Virus record (IMG/VR): IMGVR_UViG_3300045988_138131
Strand: one strand, 5' to 3'
Length of the DNA stretch: 31,133 nt
From: a virus
Shown here: one piece after another, positions 13,398 through 22,006 of the stretch
Position numbering within the stretch: position 1 is the first letter of the stretch
Layout: each line of letters begins with the position of its first letter
Notes under the pieces: model-generated
What the model saw: only the letters and a program-made list of their open reading frames with translations
What the model was told of the DNA's origin: nothing
Database searches by the model: none
Made by a program: the position numbers and the translations under genes

Positions 13398-14515
13398 TAA
13401 CTAGTTTTAAGAAGTCGAGCTCCGATGCCGATGTACGAAACAGCTGAGTCGTTGCCACAATGCCAACACCACAAACCACAACGAGAAATATCAGGCCAAG
13501 CACCGCCGACAAGAGCGATACGTTTCTCATTAGCACACCAGTAATAATCTGTAGTGTATGTGCTACTACTTCCTCCAACATCAGTAGCTAACGCTACAAG
13601 AGGGTGTTTTGGATCATAACCTAAGCCTGTAACATAACTACCACTTGTAGAGTTATTTACATAACCTAGTTTTTGATAATCTCCAGTAAATACATCAGAA
13701 GCATAAGTATTAGGGTTGTAATTTATATAAGCTTGATAATTATTTATATTGATACCGTCAACAAATTGCCATACGTTACCGAATATATCTTCAACACCAC
13801 GATAAATTACAGAACTTGTATCGTTTCCAGCTGCGCTACCAGACTTCATACCTAGTTTATCGCAGCCACCACTTTTAATAGCTCCTGTGTTATTAGCATT
13901 AGTAAACCCAGCTCCTAATTTTGACTGTGCGTTATAGTCTGCATATTCTACTAAATATAACATTTGTAATATAAAGTAGTGCCAGTCTAATTGTTGCCAA
14001 CCAGAGCCTAAGTTTTTAGCATATTGCCTAAAATTAGCTATCGTAGTATTTACAAGTGGAGAGTAACCACTTCTACTAAATACTCCAGAACTAGATCCAG
14101 ACATTGTATAACGTCCTATCATAAATTTATCACTCTTAACAAAGCCGTCTAAATTGTCCTTTGATATTAAGACATATTCGTAGCCGTCAGAGACATATCT
14201 TTTATAATAAAATTCTGGAATAATAGTTAATACTTGTCCATTACTACCAGTAAAGGAGAAATTAGCGTCTCCATAGTAAGCAACTATCTTTTTTGAAGTA
14301 TTATTATAATTACAAGTAATTATATCACTCCATGGGTAAATACTGTCGAAGTTATTAACGACCGCAGTAGTTCCCACTTGAGCATTAGCTACTAAACCTA
14401 CAGAGTCCTTAATTCTTTCCCAAGCAGAAGAAGACGATTTTATATTTCTTCTTACACCATATACTTTACTAATATTTACTGATTTTTTATTACCGACATT
14501 TATCATACCTATCAT
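13397..14515 (-). CDS. DGR target: distal tail-fibre / receptor-binding protein with C-type-lectin (FGE-like) fold tip
   Basis: YRGVEDIFGNVWQFVDGI and the C-terminal LVGGAW...CGLWCW...GARLL are typical of CLec/FGE-like DGR variable proteins. VR occupies the last 35 codons. GAGGAGG RBS. Confidence 0.85.
   Translation of the reverse strand: MIGMINVGNKKSVNISKVYGVRRNIKSSSSAWERIKDSVGLVANAQVGTTAVVNNFDSIYPWSDIITCNYNNTSKKIVAYYGDANFSFTGSNGQVLTIIPEFYYKRYVSDGYEYVLISKDNLDGFVKSDKFMIGRYTMSGSSSGVFSRSGYSPLVNTTIANFRQYAKNLGSGWQQLDWHYFILQMLYLVEYADYNAQSKLGAGFTNANNTGAIKSGGCDKLGMKSGSAAGNDTSSVIYRGVEDIFGNVWQFVDGININNYQAYINYNPNTYASDVFTGDYQKLGYVNNSTSGSYVTGLGYDPKHPLVALATDVGGSSSTYTTDYYWCANEKRIALVGGAWPDISRCGLWCWHCGNDSAVSYIGIGARLLKTS
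13414..13514 (-). other. DGR variable repeat (VR) at the 3' end of the tail-fibre gene
   Basis: Differs from TR at 13425, 13428, 13429, 13435, 13440, 13441, 13455, 13456 and 13462 only. Encodes HCGNDSAVSYIGI. Confidence 0.9.
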
Positions 14516-14516
14516 A

Positions 14517-15437
14517 TTAAGACGCCTCCTCTAAATCATAATTAGATAATTCATAAGTTATAGTTATAGAAATATCTTCAACAGGTTTAACACTTGTTAT
14601 AATTTTATAACCACCATTATATGAACTAATATAAGCGTCATTTAGCTTTATTTGATTATCTAAATCTAAATGTCCAGTAACTAAGGTATCGGTCGTGATA
14701 CCAGCTTTAATTATATCATATTCATACCTATTTGTGGAACTATTTAACAACCAATTACCTGGTGTAAGTGTTTTAACCTCGCTTTTTAAGCTATTACCAA
14801 CTATCTCCATTATCTGGTTAGTTAGATGTCCTGCAGCGTCAGAGTCTAGTTGATTTTTTATTTGATTAAACCAAGTTGTAAAAGAAGCTTCGGTTGCAGT
14901 TATATACTCATTATATTTAGTATATAATTGATCGTATATTTCCTCTGTGTTTAATGTTTCTACAGTAGAAGCAACCACGCCACATACAGACTCCTCAAAT
15001 CTTGTGTCTGTAATATTAGACTGTGTTATAGATGTTACACTAGAACCTACATATATCTCAGCTAATTTAATATCATAAATAGTTGAGGATCTAACTAAAG
15101 CTGGAGCCGAAGGGTTATCAGAGAAAGCCCCTTTGATTATTTGAGCTGATATTAACCTATTAGTTAAATCTAATCGAACAACAACATTATCAATTCTTTT
15201 TAATGTTCCGTCGGCCGTTTCTATTGTTTTAATTAGATCCCCAGTATTAGTATAACGGTAGCCTTCAATATTGGCGTCTCCTTCTTGTATTGTGATAGTC
15301 ATATCATTATTTGATATGACTTTTAACTCATTGTTGAAAATACCATTTGTAAAGTATTTTTTTAAGTGGCGAGCGAAGTCTTCTGCGTAGTAGACTCTGT
15401 CGTCGTTTATGTCGTTAAAAAAACTAAACTTTTCCAT
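14517..15437 (-). CDS. Tail-fibre / upper baseplate-like structural protein
   Basis: The N-terminal DDRVYYAEDFARHLKKYFTNGIF...RIDNVVVRLD pattern recurs in Gram-positive phage fibre/baseplate proteins. Lies between the Gp37-like protein and the DGR target. Confidence 0.45.
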   Translation of the reverse strand: MEKFSFFNDINDDRVYYAEDFARHLKKYFTNGIFNNELKVISNNDMTITIQEGDANIEGYRYTNTGDLIKTIETADGTLKRIDNVVVRLDLTNRLISAQIIKGAFSDNPSAPALVRSSTIYDIKLAEIYVGSSVTSITQSNITDTRFEESVCGVVASTVETLNTEEIYDQLYTKYNEYITATEASFTTWFNQIKNQLDSDAAGHLTNQIMEIVGNSLKSEVKTLTPGNWLLNSSTNRYEYDIIKAGITTDTLVTGHLDLDNQIKLNDAYISSYNGGYKIITSVKPVEDISITITYELSNYDLEEAS

Positions 15438-15454
15438 AATGTCCTTCCTTTCTT

Positions 15455-16510
15455 TTAATCTTCATTTTCGAACGTTTCTGCAATAGGTGTACCATAGACT
15501 GGTGTTACGTTGTGTTTTCCTTTTTCGATAACTTCTTCAACTTCTGTAATTCTTTGTTTTTGTGCTATTTCCCAAGTTTCTTTTTTGATATTAACAATAT
15601 CTCCTAAGTCCCAGTATTTTCTATAATGTGTAGCGTGTACAGTGGCCTCGAAGTTCTCGGTAGGAACTGTTATTTTTTCTTGTCCTAAATTATCTAATAT
15701 AGCGTTATATTCAGTAGTAGATAAATCTTTATTACTTTGACTTTTTGCGTCTACAAAAGCCTCTCTAATATCAAAGTCGTGTGTATCTGTTGTAACCTTC
15801 GTTACAGTTCTTAATATTCTAGCTGAGTCTTCGCCAGTTCCACCAACTAAAACATCAGTAATCATATTTTTACGACTATATGTATATTCTGCTGCGTCTA
15901 AGTTTGATTTATCTTCGCTAAATTCATATCTAGTATTAACTTTCTGTTCTTCTGTTCGGTCTTTACCGACATAATTAACATATTTATACTTTCTATTTTT
16001 TAAATCTAAGACAATTTTAGCTCCAATATTTGAAGCTCTTGATAGTTTTTCGTGATAATCATACACATTTTTATATGTACATTGAAAATCTACTTTATCG
16101 CTAGTAATATCACTGTCTGTAATTTCTAATAAAGAAAAAGCTCTCATTGTAGTTAAGAGCTTTCTAAATGCGCCTATATAGTTACCACTATAATTTATAC
16201 GTGTCTTTATTATTCTTCTTTTTAATAACGATAAACCAAAACTACCATATACAGTTATAGTAACTTTGTCTCCGTCGTCCTTAAACTTCCAAGACTCTAT
16301 AATTCCGAACTCGTCATTTTCTGTTAAATCACTTCTAACTATGATATTATCATAATTTAAAAGTTTAAAATTGTTTTTAGTAAGGTTTAAACTAAGTTCG
16401 AACTCGCCAGCTTCAAAATATTTACGACGCCAGCGTAGAGAACTATAACTGTCTATAACACCAAGCGGCTTTAAATCACGATCATATACATTTAATGATA
16501 TAGCTTCCAT
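15455..16510 (-). CDS. Siphovirus Gp37-like tail protein (Tal-position)
   Basis: The N-terminus LNVYDRDLKPLGVIDSYSSLRWRRKYFEAGEFELSL resembles the ReqiPepy6 Gp37-like family. Follows Dit. Confidence 0.55.
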   Translation of the reverse strand: MEAISLNVYDRDLKPLGVIDSYSSLRWRRKYFEAGEFELSLNLTKNNFKLLNYDNIIVRSDLTENDEFGIIESWKFKDDGDKVTITVYGSFGLSLLKRRIIKTRINYSGNYIGAFRKLLTTMRAFSLLEITDSDITSDKVDFQCTYKNVYDYHEKLSRASNIGAKIVLDLKNRKYKYVNYVGKDRTEEQKVNTRYEFSEDKSNLDAAEYTYSRKNMITDVLVGGTGEDSARILRTVTKVTTDTHDFDIREAFVDAKSQSNKDLSTTEYNAILDNLGQEKITVPTENFEATVHATHYRKYWDLGDIVNIKKETWEIAQKQRITEVEEVIEKGKHNVTPVYGTPIAETFENED

Positions 16511-16512
16511 AA

Positions 16513-17376
16513 TTACACCGCCTCATATTCTGGTAAAAACTTTATTGTAGTCTCTAAATTGTCCTCTCCAGAGTCTGCACCACTTCTAAATGTATTAGTT
16601 CCGCTAGGTACTTGTAAATATTTACTACCATACATTATTAGATAGTTTATGTTTTCTTCCTCGCCAGTAACGGCATTTTTATAAATAACGTTCTTATTAT
16701 CTATGTGAGTAGTGATTATTATTTGATCACCAGCAGACATAGTTTTTTCTATCTGTATAATATCACGTGTAGTAACATTAAATAGATATGGGTTTTTAAC
16801 AGTATCATTAGCTTTAAATTTGATAGTCATACCGTAATCAATTTCGGTAGTATTTTCTGTTGTTCCCATAGATGTAGTATTTTTAGTACCAAACTTGATA
16901 CCTTTATTTTTTGGTATAACAAGTTTAAATTTAAAAGCTGGTGTCCAGGTAGCCATAGATAAGATAGTTGCAGCCAAAGCGGAAAATCTAGGGTTAGGAC
17001 ATACTAAAGATATAGAAAAGTCTCTTGTAAAACCTTTCTTTTCTGGAATAGATACTTTTTCAACAAGACAAGTTATTTTTCTCTCAATATCTCCTTCATA
17101 ATAGTAAAGAGTACCTTCACTATTAAGAGGAAACATATCATATAATAATAATCTATTTTCTTGTATATTATCTGTTATAGTACCTTTAATAGTTAAATCT
17201 CTTTGACCTATACTTGTACCGTTCCAAGTAGTACCAACGCCATACGCAGAACTTACACTATTAACAGTACCAACTGTTTCGTGAAAGCCGTCGCAGATAC
17301 TAAGAAGAAAAGGCGGTTTATATGTAAAAGTAATCATATCTCCTTTATGGTTTTTATATATTAAAGTTCTTTCCAT
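16513..17376 (-). CDS. Distal tail protein (Dit)
   Basis: 287 aa, immediately after the tape measure gene, with a phage-tail-family-like N-terminus. Confidence 0.6.
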   Translation of the reverse strand: MERTLIYKNHKGDMITFTYKPPFLLSICDGFHETVGTVNSVSSAYGVGTTWNGTSIGQRDLTIKGTITDNIQENRLLLYDMFPLNSEGTLYYYEGDIERKITCLVEKVSIPEKKGFTRDFSISLVCPNPRFSALAATILSMATWTPAFKFKLVIPKNKGIKFGTKNTTSMGTTENTTEIDYGMTIKFKANDTVKNPYLFNVTTRDIIQIEKTMSAGDQIIITTHIDNKNVIYKNAVTGEEENINYLIMYGSKYLQVPSGTNTFRSGADSGEDNLETTIKFLPEYEAV

Positions 17377-17380
17377 TTAA

Positions 17381-19543
17381 TCACGCCCTTCCATGTCTTA
17401 GATTATATTCTTGTAAAGCTTTACGAGTTTGTCTAGCAGTTTCTGCTGGAGATAGTGGCTCTGTTGAGTTTATAGTTAAGTTAAAGTTATTTGTTTCATT
17501 ATTATTAACGATAGAGTTCTTATTTTCTCTATAATCTTTAGCTTCGTCAGCAGTTAAGACTTGTTCTCCTTTATGTAGTAGTGCTGGCATATCGTCGTAA
17601 GGTACATATTCCATACCTACACGAAGTTTTTTAATTAAAGGTATATTAAGACCTTTACCACCAACACCAGGCACCCAGTCTGGAATTTTTAATTTATTAA
17701 GACCTTTAATAAATGCGTTCATACCGTCAATTATGAAGTTAATAGGTAACTTAAAGATATTACCTATACCACTAATTATATTACTAAATATATTTTTAAC
17801 ATTTTGCCAAGCAGCTTTCCAATTACCAGTAAATACATTTTTAATAAAGTCTATAATATTCATAAATATATTTTTAGCAACTTGTATTTGTGATGTTATA
17901 TAACTAATAGCAGTACCAAAGACACTACCAATAATATTAGCTACATAAGTAAACTGTGCTGATAACATTGGAATAATACTTTGTATAATTACATTTAATA
18001 TACTTACTAAAGGTGGAAGTATTAAGTTAAGTAATTCTGTTAAAGGTTGTAATATTAACATCAATAAATCAATAAAAGGTTGTAATAATTGAAGTATAGG
18101 AGATAGTAAAGGCAATAGTGGTTGAATTAAGTTAAGTAATAAAGGCAGGATCATTTGAACTATTTGTAATATAGGTGGTAATAACATATTTATAAGTTCT
18201 ATAAAGACTGGAAGTAAAGCCTCCACTATTTGCATAATAGGAGGTAGTAAAGTGCTTAATAAACTAATAAATATAGGTAAAATTGTCTCTATCAGAGTGG
18301 CGAGCATTGGTAAAGCAGTCTCTATAATAGTCTGTACCGACGGAATAATTGCATTAAATAGTTGAGTAATGACTGGCGTTAACTGATTTATCAAGCCTTC
18401 TATTAAAGGCATATTATTCATAATTAAATTCATAATAGATACAATTAAAGGCATTAAAGCATTACCTAAAGGAAGTAGTAGCATTTGTACATTACGTTTT
18501 AACCCTTCAAACATACTTCCTATATCGTCGTATTTTACTTCTTTAATCTGGTTCATAGAGTCTACTGTACCGTCGTACATTTCTCTAATTGATCCTAATT
18601 GAGTTACAACTTCTGGTCCTAAATCTTCCCACATAGTACCAAATAAATCAACACCAACAATAGACTGTTGTACTGGATCGTCCATTGCTTTAATCGCGTC
18701 TATAGTTTGATAAAAAGCCTCTTTAGCAGTATCTCCGCCAGCAGCAAACTTTTTAGCCATTGTATCAGCATTTAAGCCAAGTTTCGTAAAACCTTCTACA
18801 GTTGTTTTAGAGCCGTCTATTGCTCTTATGGAGAACTCTTTAACGGCGTCGCCGATTTTGTCCAAGTTCCAAGCTCCAGCGTCTGCACCACTTTGAAATA
18901 TATTAAACATATCTTCTGCAGATAAACCTAATTTGCCAAACTGTACAGAATATTCGTTAATATTGTCGACTAATTCTCCAGAGAAATCAAGACCAGCTTG
19001 TGCACCCTGGGCCATTAAGTTATACGCTTCGTCTGCTGATATTCCGAATTGTGTCATTAAAGCTTTTGTTGCTCTTATAGACTCATTTACTTCAACACCG
19101 AAAGCGTCTCGTAACGCGAGAGCATTTTCTGTAACCGCTTTTATTTGCGAAGGATCAAACTCGTATAATTCTTGAGAAGCTAAAGCCATAGAGTTGGCTA
19201 TATCTTCGAAGCTCTCTCCATAATTATTTTTGTATATATCTTCTAAGGCTTTCTGCCACTCGCCAGACTCATTTTTTGCAATACCAGTTTGTACAATAAA
19301 TGAGTTCATAGCTTGATCTACATCTTTTGATGTATTTATAGCTAAACCACCGATAGCAGTAGCAGCGGTAGTCAAAGTACCACCTAAAGCAAGAGCACCT
19401 TTACCAACTTTAGAAAAAACTCCGCCTAATTTAGAGGCGAAGTTTTCTCCTTTTTTAGTAGTGCCGTCTATAGCTTTATTAGCTTTCTCATTATCTATAA
19501 AAATAGATCCATATAAACTAAATATGTTAGCCAAGTTTAACAC
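17381..19543 (-). CDS. Tape measure protein
   Basis: 720 aa, follows the G/GT chaperone, with a long hydrophobic LLPPI/LQP-repeat core. Confidence 0.85.
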   Translation of the reverse strand: MLNLANIFSLYGSIFIDNEKANKAIDGTTKKGENFASKLGGVFSKVGKGALALGGTLTTAATAIGGLAINTSKDVDQAMNSFIVQTGIAKNESGEWQKALEDIYKNNYGESFEDIANSMALASQELYEFDPSQIKAVTENALALRDAFGVEVNESIRATKALMTQFGISADEAYNLMAQGAQAGLDFSGELVDNINEYSVQFGKLGLSAEDMFNIFQSGADAGAWNLDKIGDAVKEFSIRAIDGSKTTVEGFTKLGLNADTMAKKFAAGGDTAKEAFYQTIDAIKAMDDPVQQSIVGVDLFGTMWEDLGPEVVTQLGSIREMYDGTVDSMNQIKEVKYDDIGSMFEGLKRNVQMLLLPLGNALMPLIVSIMNLIMNNMPLIEGLINQLTPVITQLFNAIIPSVQTIIETALPMLATLIETILPIFISLLSTLLPPIMQIVEALLPVFIELINMLLPPILQIVQMILPLLLNLIQPLLPLLSPILQLLQPFIDLLMLILQPLTELLNLILPPLVSILNVIIQSIIPMLSAQFTYVANIIGSVFGTAISYITSQIQVAKNIFMNIIDFIKNVFTGNWKAAWQNVKNIFSNIISGIGNIFKLPINFIIDGMNAFIKGLNKLKIPDWVPGVGGKGLNIPLIKKLRVGMEYVPYDDMPALLHKGEQVLTADEAKDYRENKNSIVNNNETNNFNLTINSTEPLSPAETARQTRKALQEYNLRHGRA

Positions 19544-20182
19544 CTCCCAAACCGTAATCTTTCATAATGTCTTCTGCGCTTCGCATTTTCTTTTTTGGCT
19601 TTTGCTCTAGTTGTGGAACAAAAGTTTTTTCGTGCGATAATTTCTTAACAATTTCGTTAATTAGTTTAGGTAATTCGGTTTCTTTTTTAATACCATTATC
19701 TAAACACTCGCCCAATAAAAAAGACGGCTTGTCCTCAAACCATTCAATACCGCCATAATGCTTATATAATATTCGTAAGACCTCCGCAGTGCCGATACTT
19801 ACGCTATAGATAAAAAACTCGCAACACCTGGTAATTTACTTATTTCCTTAAATAATGCGATTATATCTTCATTTTCTGCTTTTTCTAAAGCAAGTTTTAA
19901 ATCTTCTTCATATTTTTTATTTTTTTCTGTTTTAATATCTTCTGTATCTTCATCAGTAAATACTGGTTTAGAAGGGTAATAACCTCTATAATTAGCTACA
20001 AAAGTATAAACTTCTTTTTCGCATTTATAAATTCTAGTAATAATCAAAGTTATAAGAGCAGCTCCTAATTTTTCTCGATCTTCTTTTTCGTCTCCAGTAT
20101 TAAAATCTAAATTTTGCAATTCTTCTTTAATGTCCATTTTATCTATAATTTCACTTAATAATAATAAATATTTTGTTTTCAT
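19527..20182 (-). CDS. Tail assembly chaperone G-T fusion via -1 programmed frameshift
   Basis: The -1 frame is open from 19835 to 19527. The heptamer T TTT TTA (19811-19817, - strand) lies in the zero frame 4 codons before the G stop. Confidence 0.6.
19799..20182 (-). CDS. Tail assembly chaperone (G-like)
   Basis: 127-aa acidic protein between the major tail and tape measure genes. A slippery site lies at its 3' end. Confidence 0.7.
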   Translation of the reverse strand: MKTKYLLLLSEIIDKMDIKEELQNLDFNTGDEKEDREKLGAALITLIITRIYKCEKEVYTFVANYRGYYPSKPVFTDEDTEDIKTEKNKKYEEDLKLALEKAENEDIIALFKEISKLPGVASFLSIA

Positions 20183-20205
20183 TTCTTTTTTTCCTTTCTT
20201 TTTTT

Positions 20206-20250
20206 ATTCTCCCTTTTGTTATCGCTCAAATAGAAAACAAAAAGGAGAAT
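20206..20250 (-). promoter_or_regulatory. 15-bp-arm inverted repeat after the major tail gene
   Basis: attctcccttttgtt (20206-20220) and aacaaaaaggagaat (20236-20250), with one mismatch and a 15-nt loop. Confidence 0.5.
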
Positions 20251-20262
20251 AATATTTTAAAT

Positions 20263-20817
20263 TTATTCTCCAACTGTTATAGGGCAAGTTTCACTATCTT
20301 TAATTTGATATAGTCTTGAACTATCGTCTATAGTATAGTGAGGTATAATTTCAAGATTATGTTCATTTTCTGCTTTAGGAGCAGCCTTATAAGTAAATGC
20401 TCCTTCGTGTAAGCCATAATTAAATGTAAGGATCTTGTAAGTCTTATCTAGCATTTGTGTAATTACATCAATAGTATCAATATATTTACTTTTATCAATA
20501 GGACCGAAATCTCCTTGTTTAATTACTTTGTTTGTATCAAGTGTCGCATTAGGTAAACCTTTTAACAATACATCTTGACTACAACATAATGACACAACCT
20601 TAATAGTAGCGTCTTCGCCGTCGATAACTTGCATACCAGCAGTTTTACCACGCTTACCGTCAAACTCTATATCTCTTATTTCTGGTGTAATAGTCATTTC
20701 AACACCACCACGAGTAGGTCCAAGTATTAACTCGTTAGGCTTTCCTAAGTTTAATACAACGATACCTTCGTCAATTTGAATTTTTTTAGTGTCATTTTCA
20801 GTAAATACTTTTAACAT
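20263..20817 (-). CDS. Major tail (tube) protein
   Basis: 184 aa, positioned before the chaperone pair. LGPTRGGVEMTITPEIRDIEFDGKRG is tube-like. Confidence 0.6.
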   Translation of the reverse strand: MLKVFTENDTKKIQIDEGIVVLNLGKPNELILGPTRGGVEMTITPEIRDIEFDGKRGKTAGMQVIDGEDATIKVVSLCCSQDVLLKGLPNATLDTNKVIKQGDFGPIDKSKYIDTIDVITQMLDKTYKILTFNYGLHEGAFTYKAAPKAENEHNLEIIPHYTIDDSSRLYQIKDSETCPITVGE

Positions 20818-20831
20818 TAGTTTTCCCTCCT

Positions 20832-21185
20832 TTAAAATAATCTAATACTAAATGTTATTTGTTTTTTTATTAAGGTATATTCTGGATCAGATATTGGTCT
20901 TTGTTCTTCAAAGTATATAACGCCTCTTTCTTCCGAGAAGATTTTACCGTCAAGAAGTTTGATAAGTTCTTGTAACTTCTTTTCTAATTCAATACCAGTA
21001 TTAGGCTCTGTAGTCCATATAAATATGTCGAAGTATACTAATTCGCCATAACGTAGGCAAGTTTTAATAGGATCACTAATTACACCATAAGGAAAATTAG
21101 CTTTTTTCGAAGCTTCTTCATAATATAGTGGAATTATTTTTTGTTCATTAACAAACTTTTGTAATGCAATAAAGAAATTATACAT
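20832..21185 (-). CDS. Tail-completion / tail-terminator-position protein
   Basis: Start placed at ATG 21185 behind GAGGAG, with an 8-nt overlap to the upstream stop. Called by position only. Confidence 0.4.
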   Translation of the reverse strand: MYNFFIALQKFVNEQKIIPLYYEEASKKANFPYGVISDPIKTCLRYGELVYFDIFIWTTEPNTGIELEKKLQELIKLLDGKIFSEERGVIYFEEQRPISDPEYTLIKKQITFSIRLF

Positions 21186-21702
21186 CTTCGATCTCCTCAC
21201 TTTCTTTAATCTTTCCTCCAGCTGCTTCAATAGTTTTATTAAGTGCTGCTAAGTATTCAGCTTGTGCCTCTCTAATAGCGTCTATATTATTAAAGACACT
21301 ATTACGTAAGATACTTTGTCCTCTAAGCCCTGGGTGGCTAACTGATTTACCATAGTTAATATTACCGTCGCTTAGAGTATTAGCTTTTTTAATACTAATA
21401 GTATGTGATTTAACACCGAACTCAGCCCAAGCAGGGTTAGCGTGTGATACTTGTTTACCTTTCTTTTTTGCTTGCGCTTTAGAATAGTAACCAATTTGTA
21501 ACTCTGGTTGTCCAGTATCACGATTTATTTTAGCCCAATAACCAACTTGTTTAGATAATCGGCCTGTACGTTTTTGAGTTTCAGCTTTAATAGCTTTACC
21601 AGCTACTTTAGCAGAAGCACAAAGGGCGGACTTTGAAAGCTTAACCATAGTGTTTTTAACTTCTTTTGATGTGTCTATAAATTCTATTTTATTGTTGCTC
21701 AC
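21178..21702 (-). CDS. HK97 gp10-like head-tail joining protein
   Basis: GTG start, position after the head-closure protein. KRTGRLSKQVGYW is gp10-like. Confidence 0.45.
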   Translation of the reverse strand: MSNNKIEFIDTSKEVKNTMVKLSKSALCASAKVAGKAIKAETQKRTGRLSKQVGYWAKINRDTGQPELQIGYYSKAQAKKKGKQVSHANPAWAEFGVKSHTISIKKANTLSDGNINYGKSVSHPGLRGQSILRNSVFNNIDAIREAQAEYLAALNKTIEAAGGKIKESEEIEDV

Positions 21703-22006
21703 GATTATTATTAAGCCCCGTTAATACAATTTCTGTTATCTCACTATTTACCTCGTAAGAACGTAGTATTTTGTATGTAACATCTTTGTACTTAACTTTT
21801 GTGTGCTTATCTTCGTCAAATTCTATGGTCCTTATTTCAAAACTTTTTTCTGGTTTAAAGCCAGCAGCTTGCGCCTGGTAAAATTCACTTCTTTTAACTG
21901 ATATTTTATTAGCATATACTTTAGTTTCTTTATAAGAGTAGTGAGGACGATTTAACTCGTCCAAACTCTCAATTTCTTCTAAAAGATATAAGACATCACT
22001 CCACAT
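21689..22006 (-). CDS. Head-closure / head-tail adaptor protein
   Basis: KVYANKISVKRSEFYQAQAAGFKPEKSFEIRTIEF...YKILRSYE fits the Phage_H_T_join pattern. Confidence 0.6.
   Translation of the reverse strand: MWSDVLYLLEEIESLDELNRPHYSYKETKVYANKISVKRSEFYQAQAAGFKPEKSFEIRTIEFDEDKHTKVKYKDVTYKILRSYEVNSEITEIVLTGLNNNREQQ

Noticed and set aside
12228-13514. Shufflon or Gin/Cin-type invertible tail-fibre cassettes
   Set aside because: All cassettes and VR point the same way and no inverted crossover sites flank them. Site-specific recombination between direct repeats would only delete. The only invertase-like candidate, the tyrosine recombinase at 1191-1820, is distant and in the early operon.
12195-13581. 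ORF-track ORFs running through the cassette array (12195-12377, 12274-12537, 12802-13143, 12923-13282, 13366-13581) as real genes
   Set aside because: They are read-throughs of the repeats. They use alternative start codons, have no RBS, change frame from unit to unit, and overlap one another. The sequence is better explained as TR-like cassettes.
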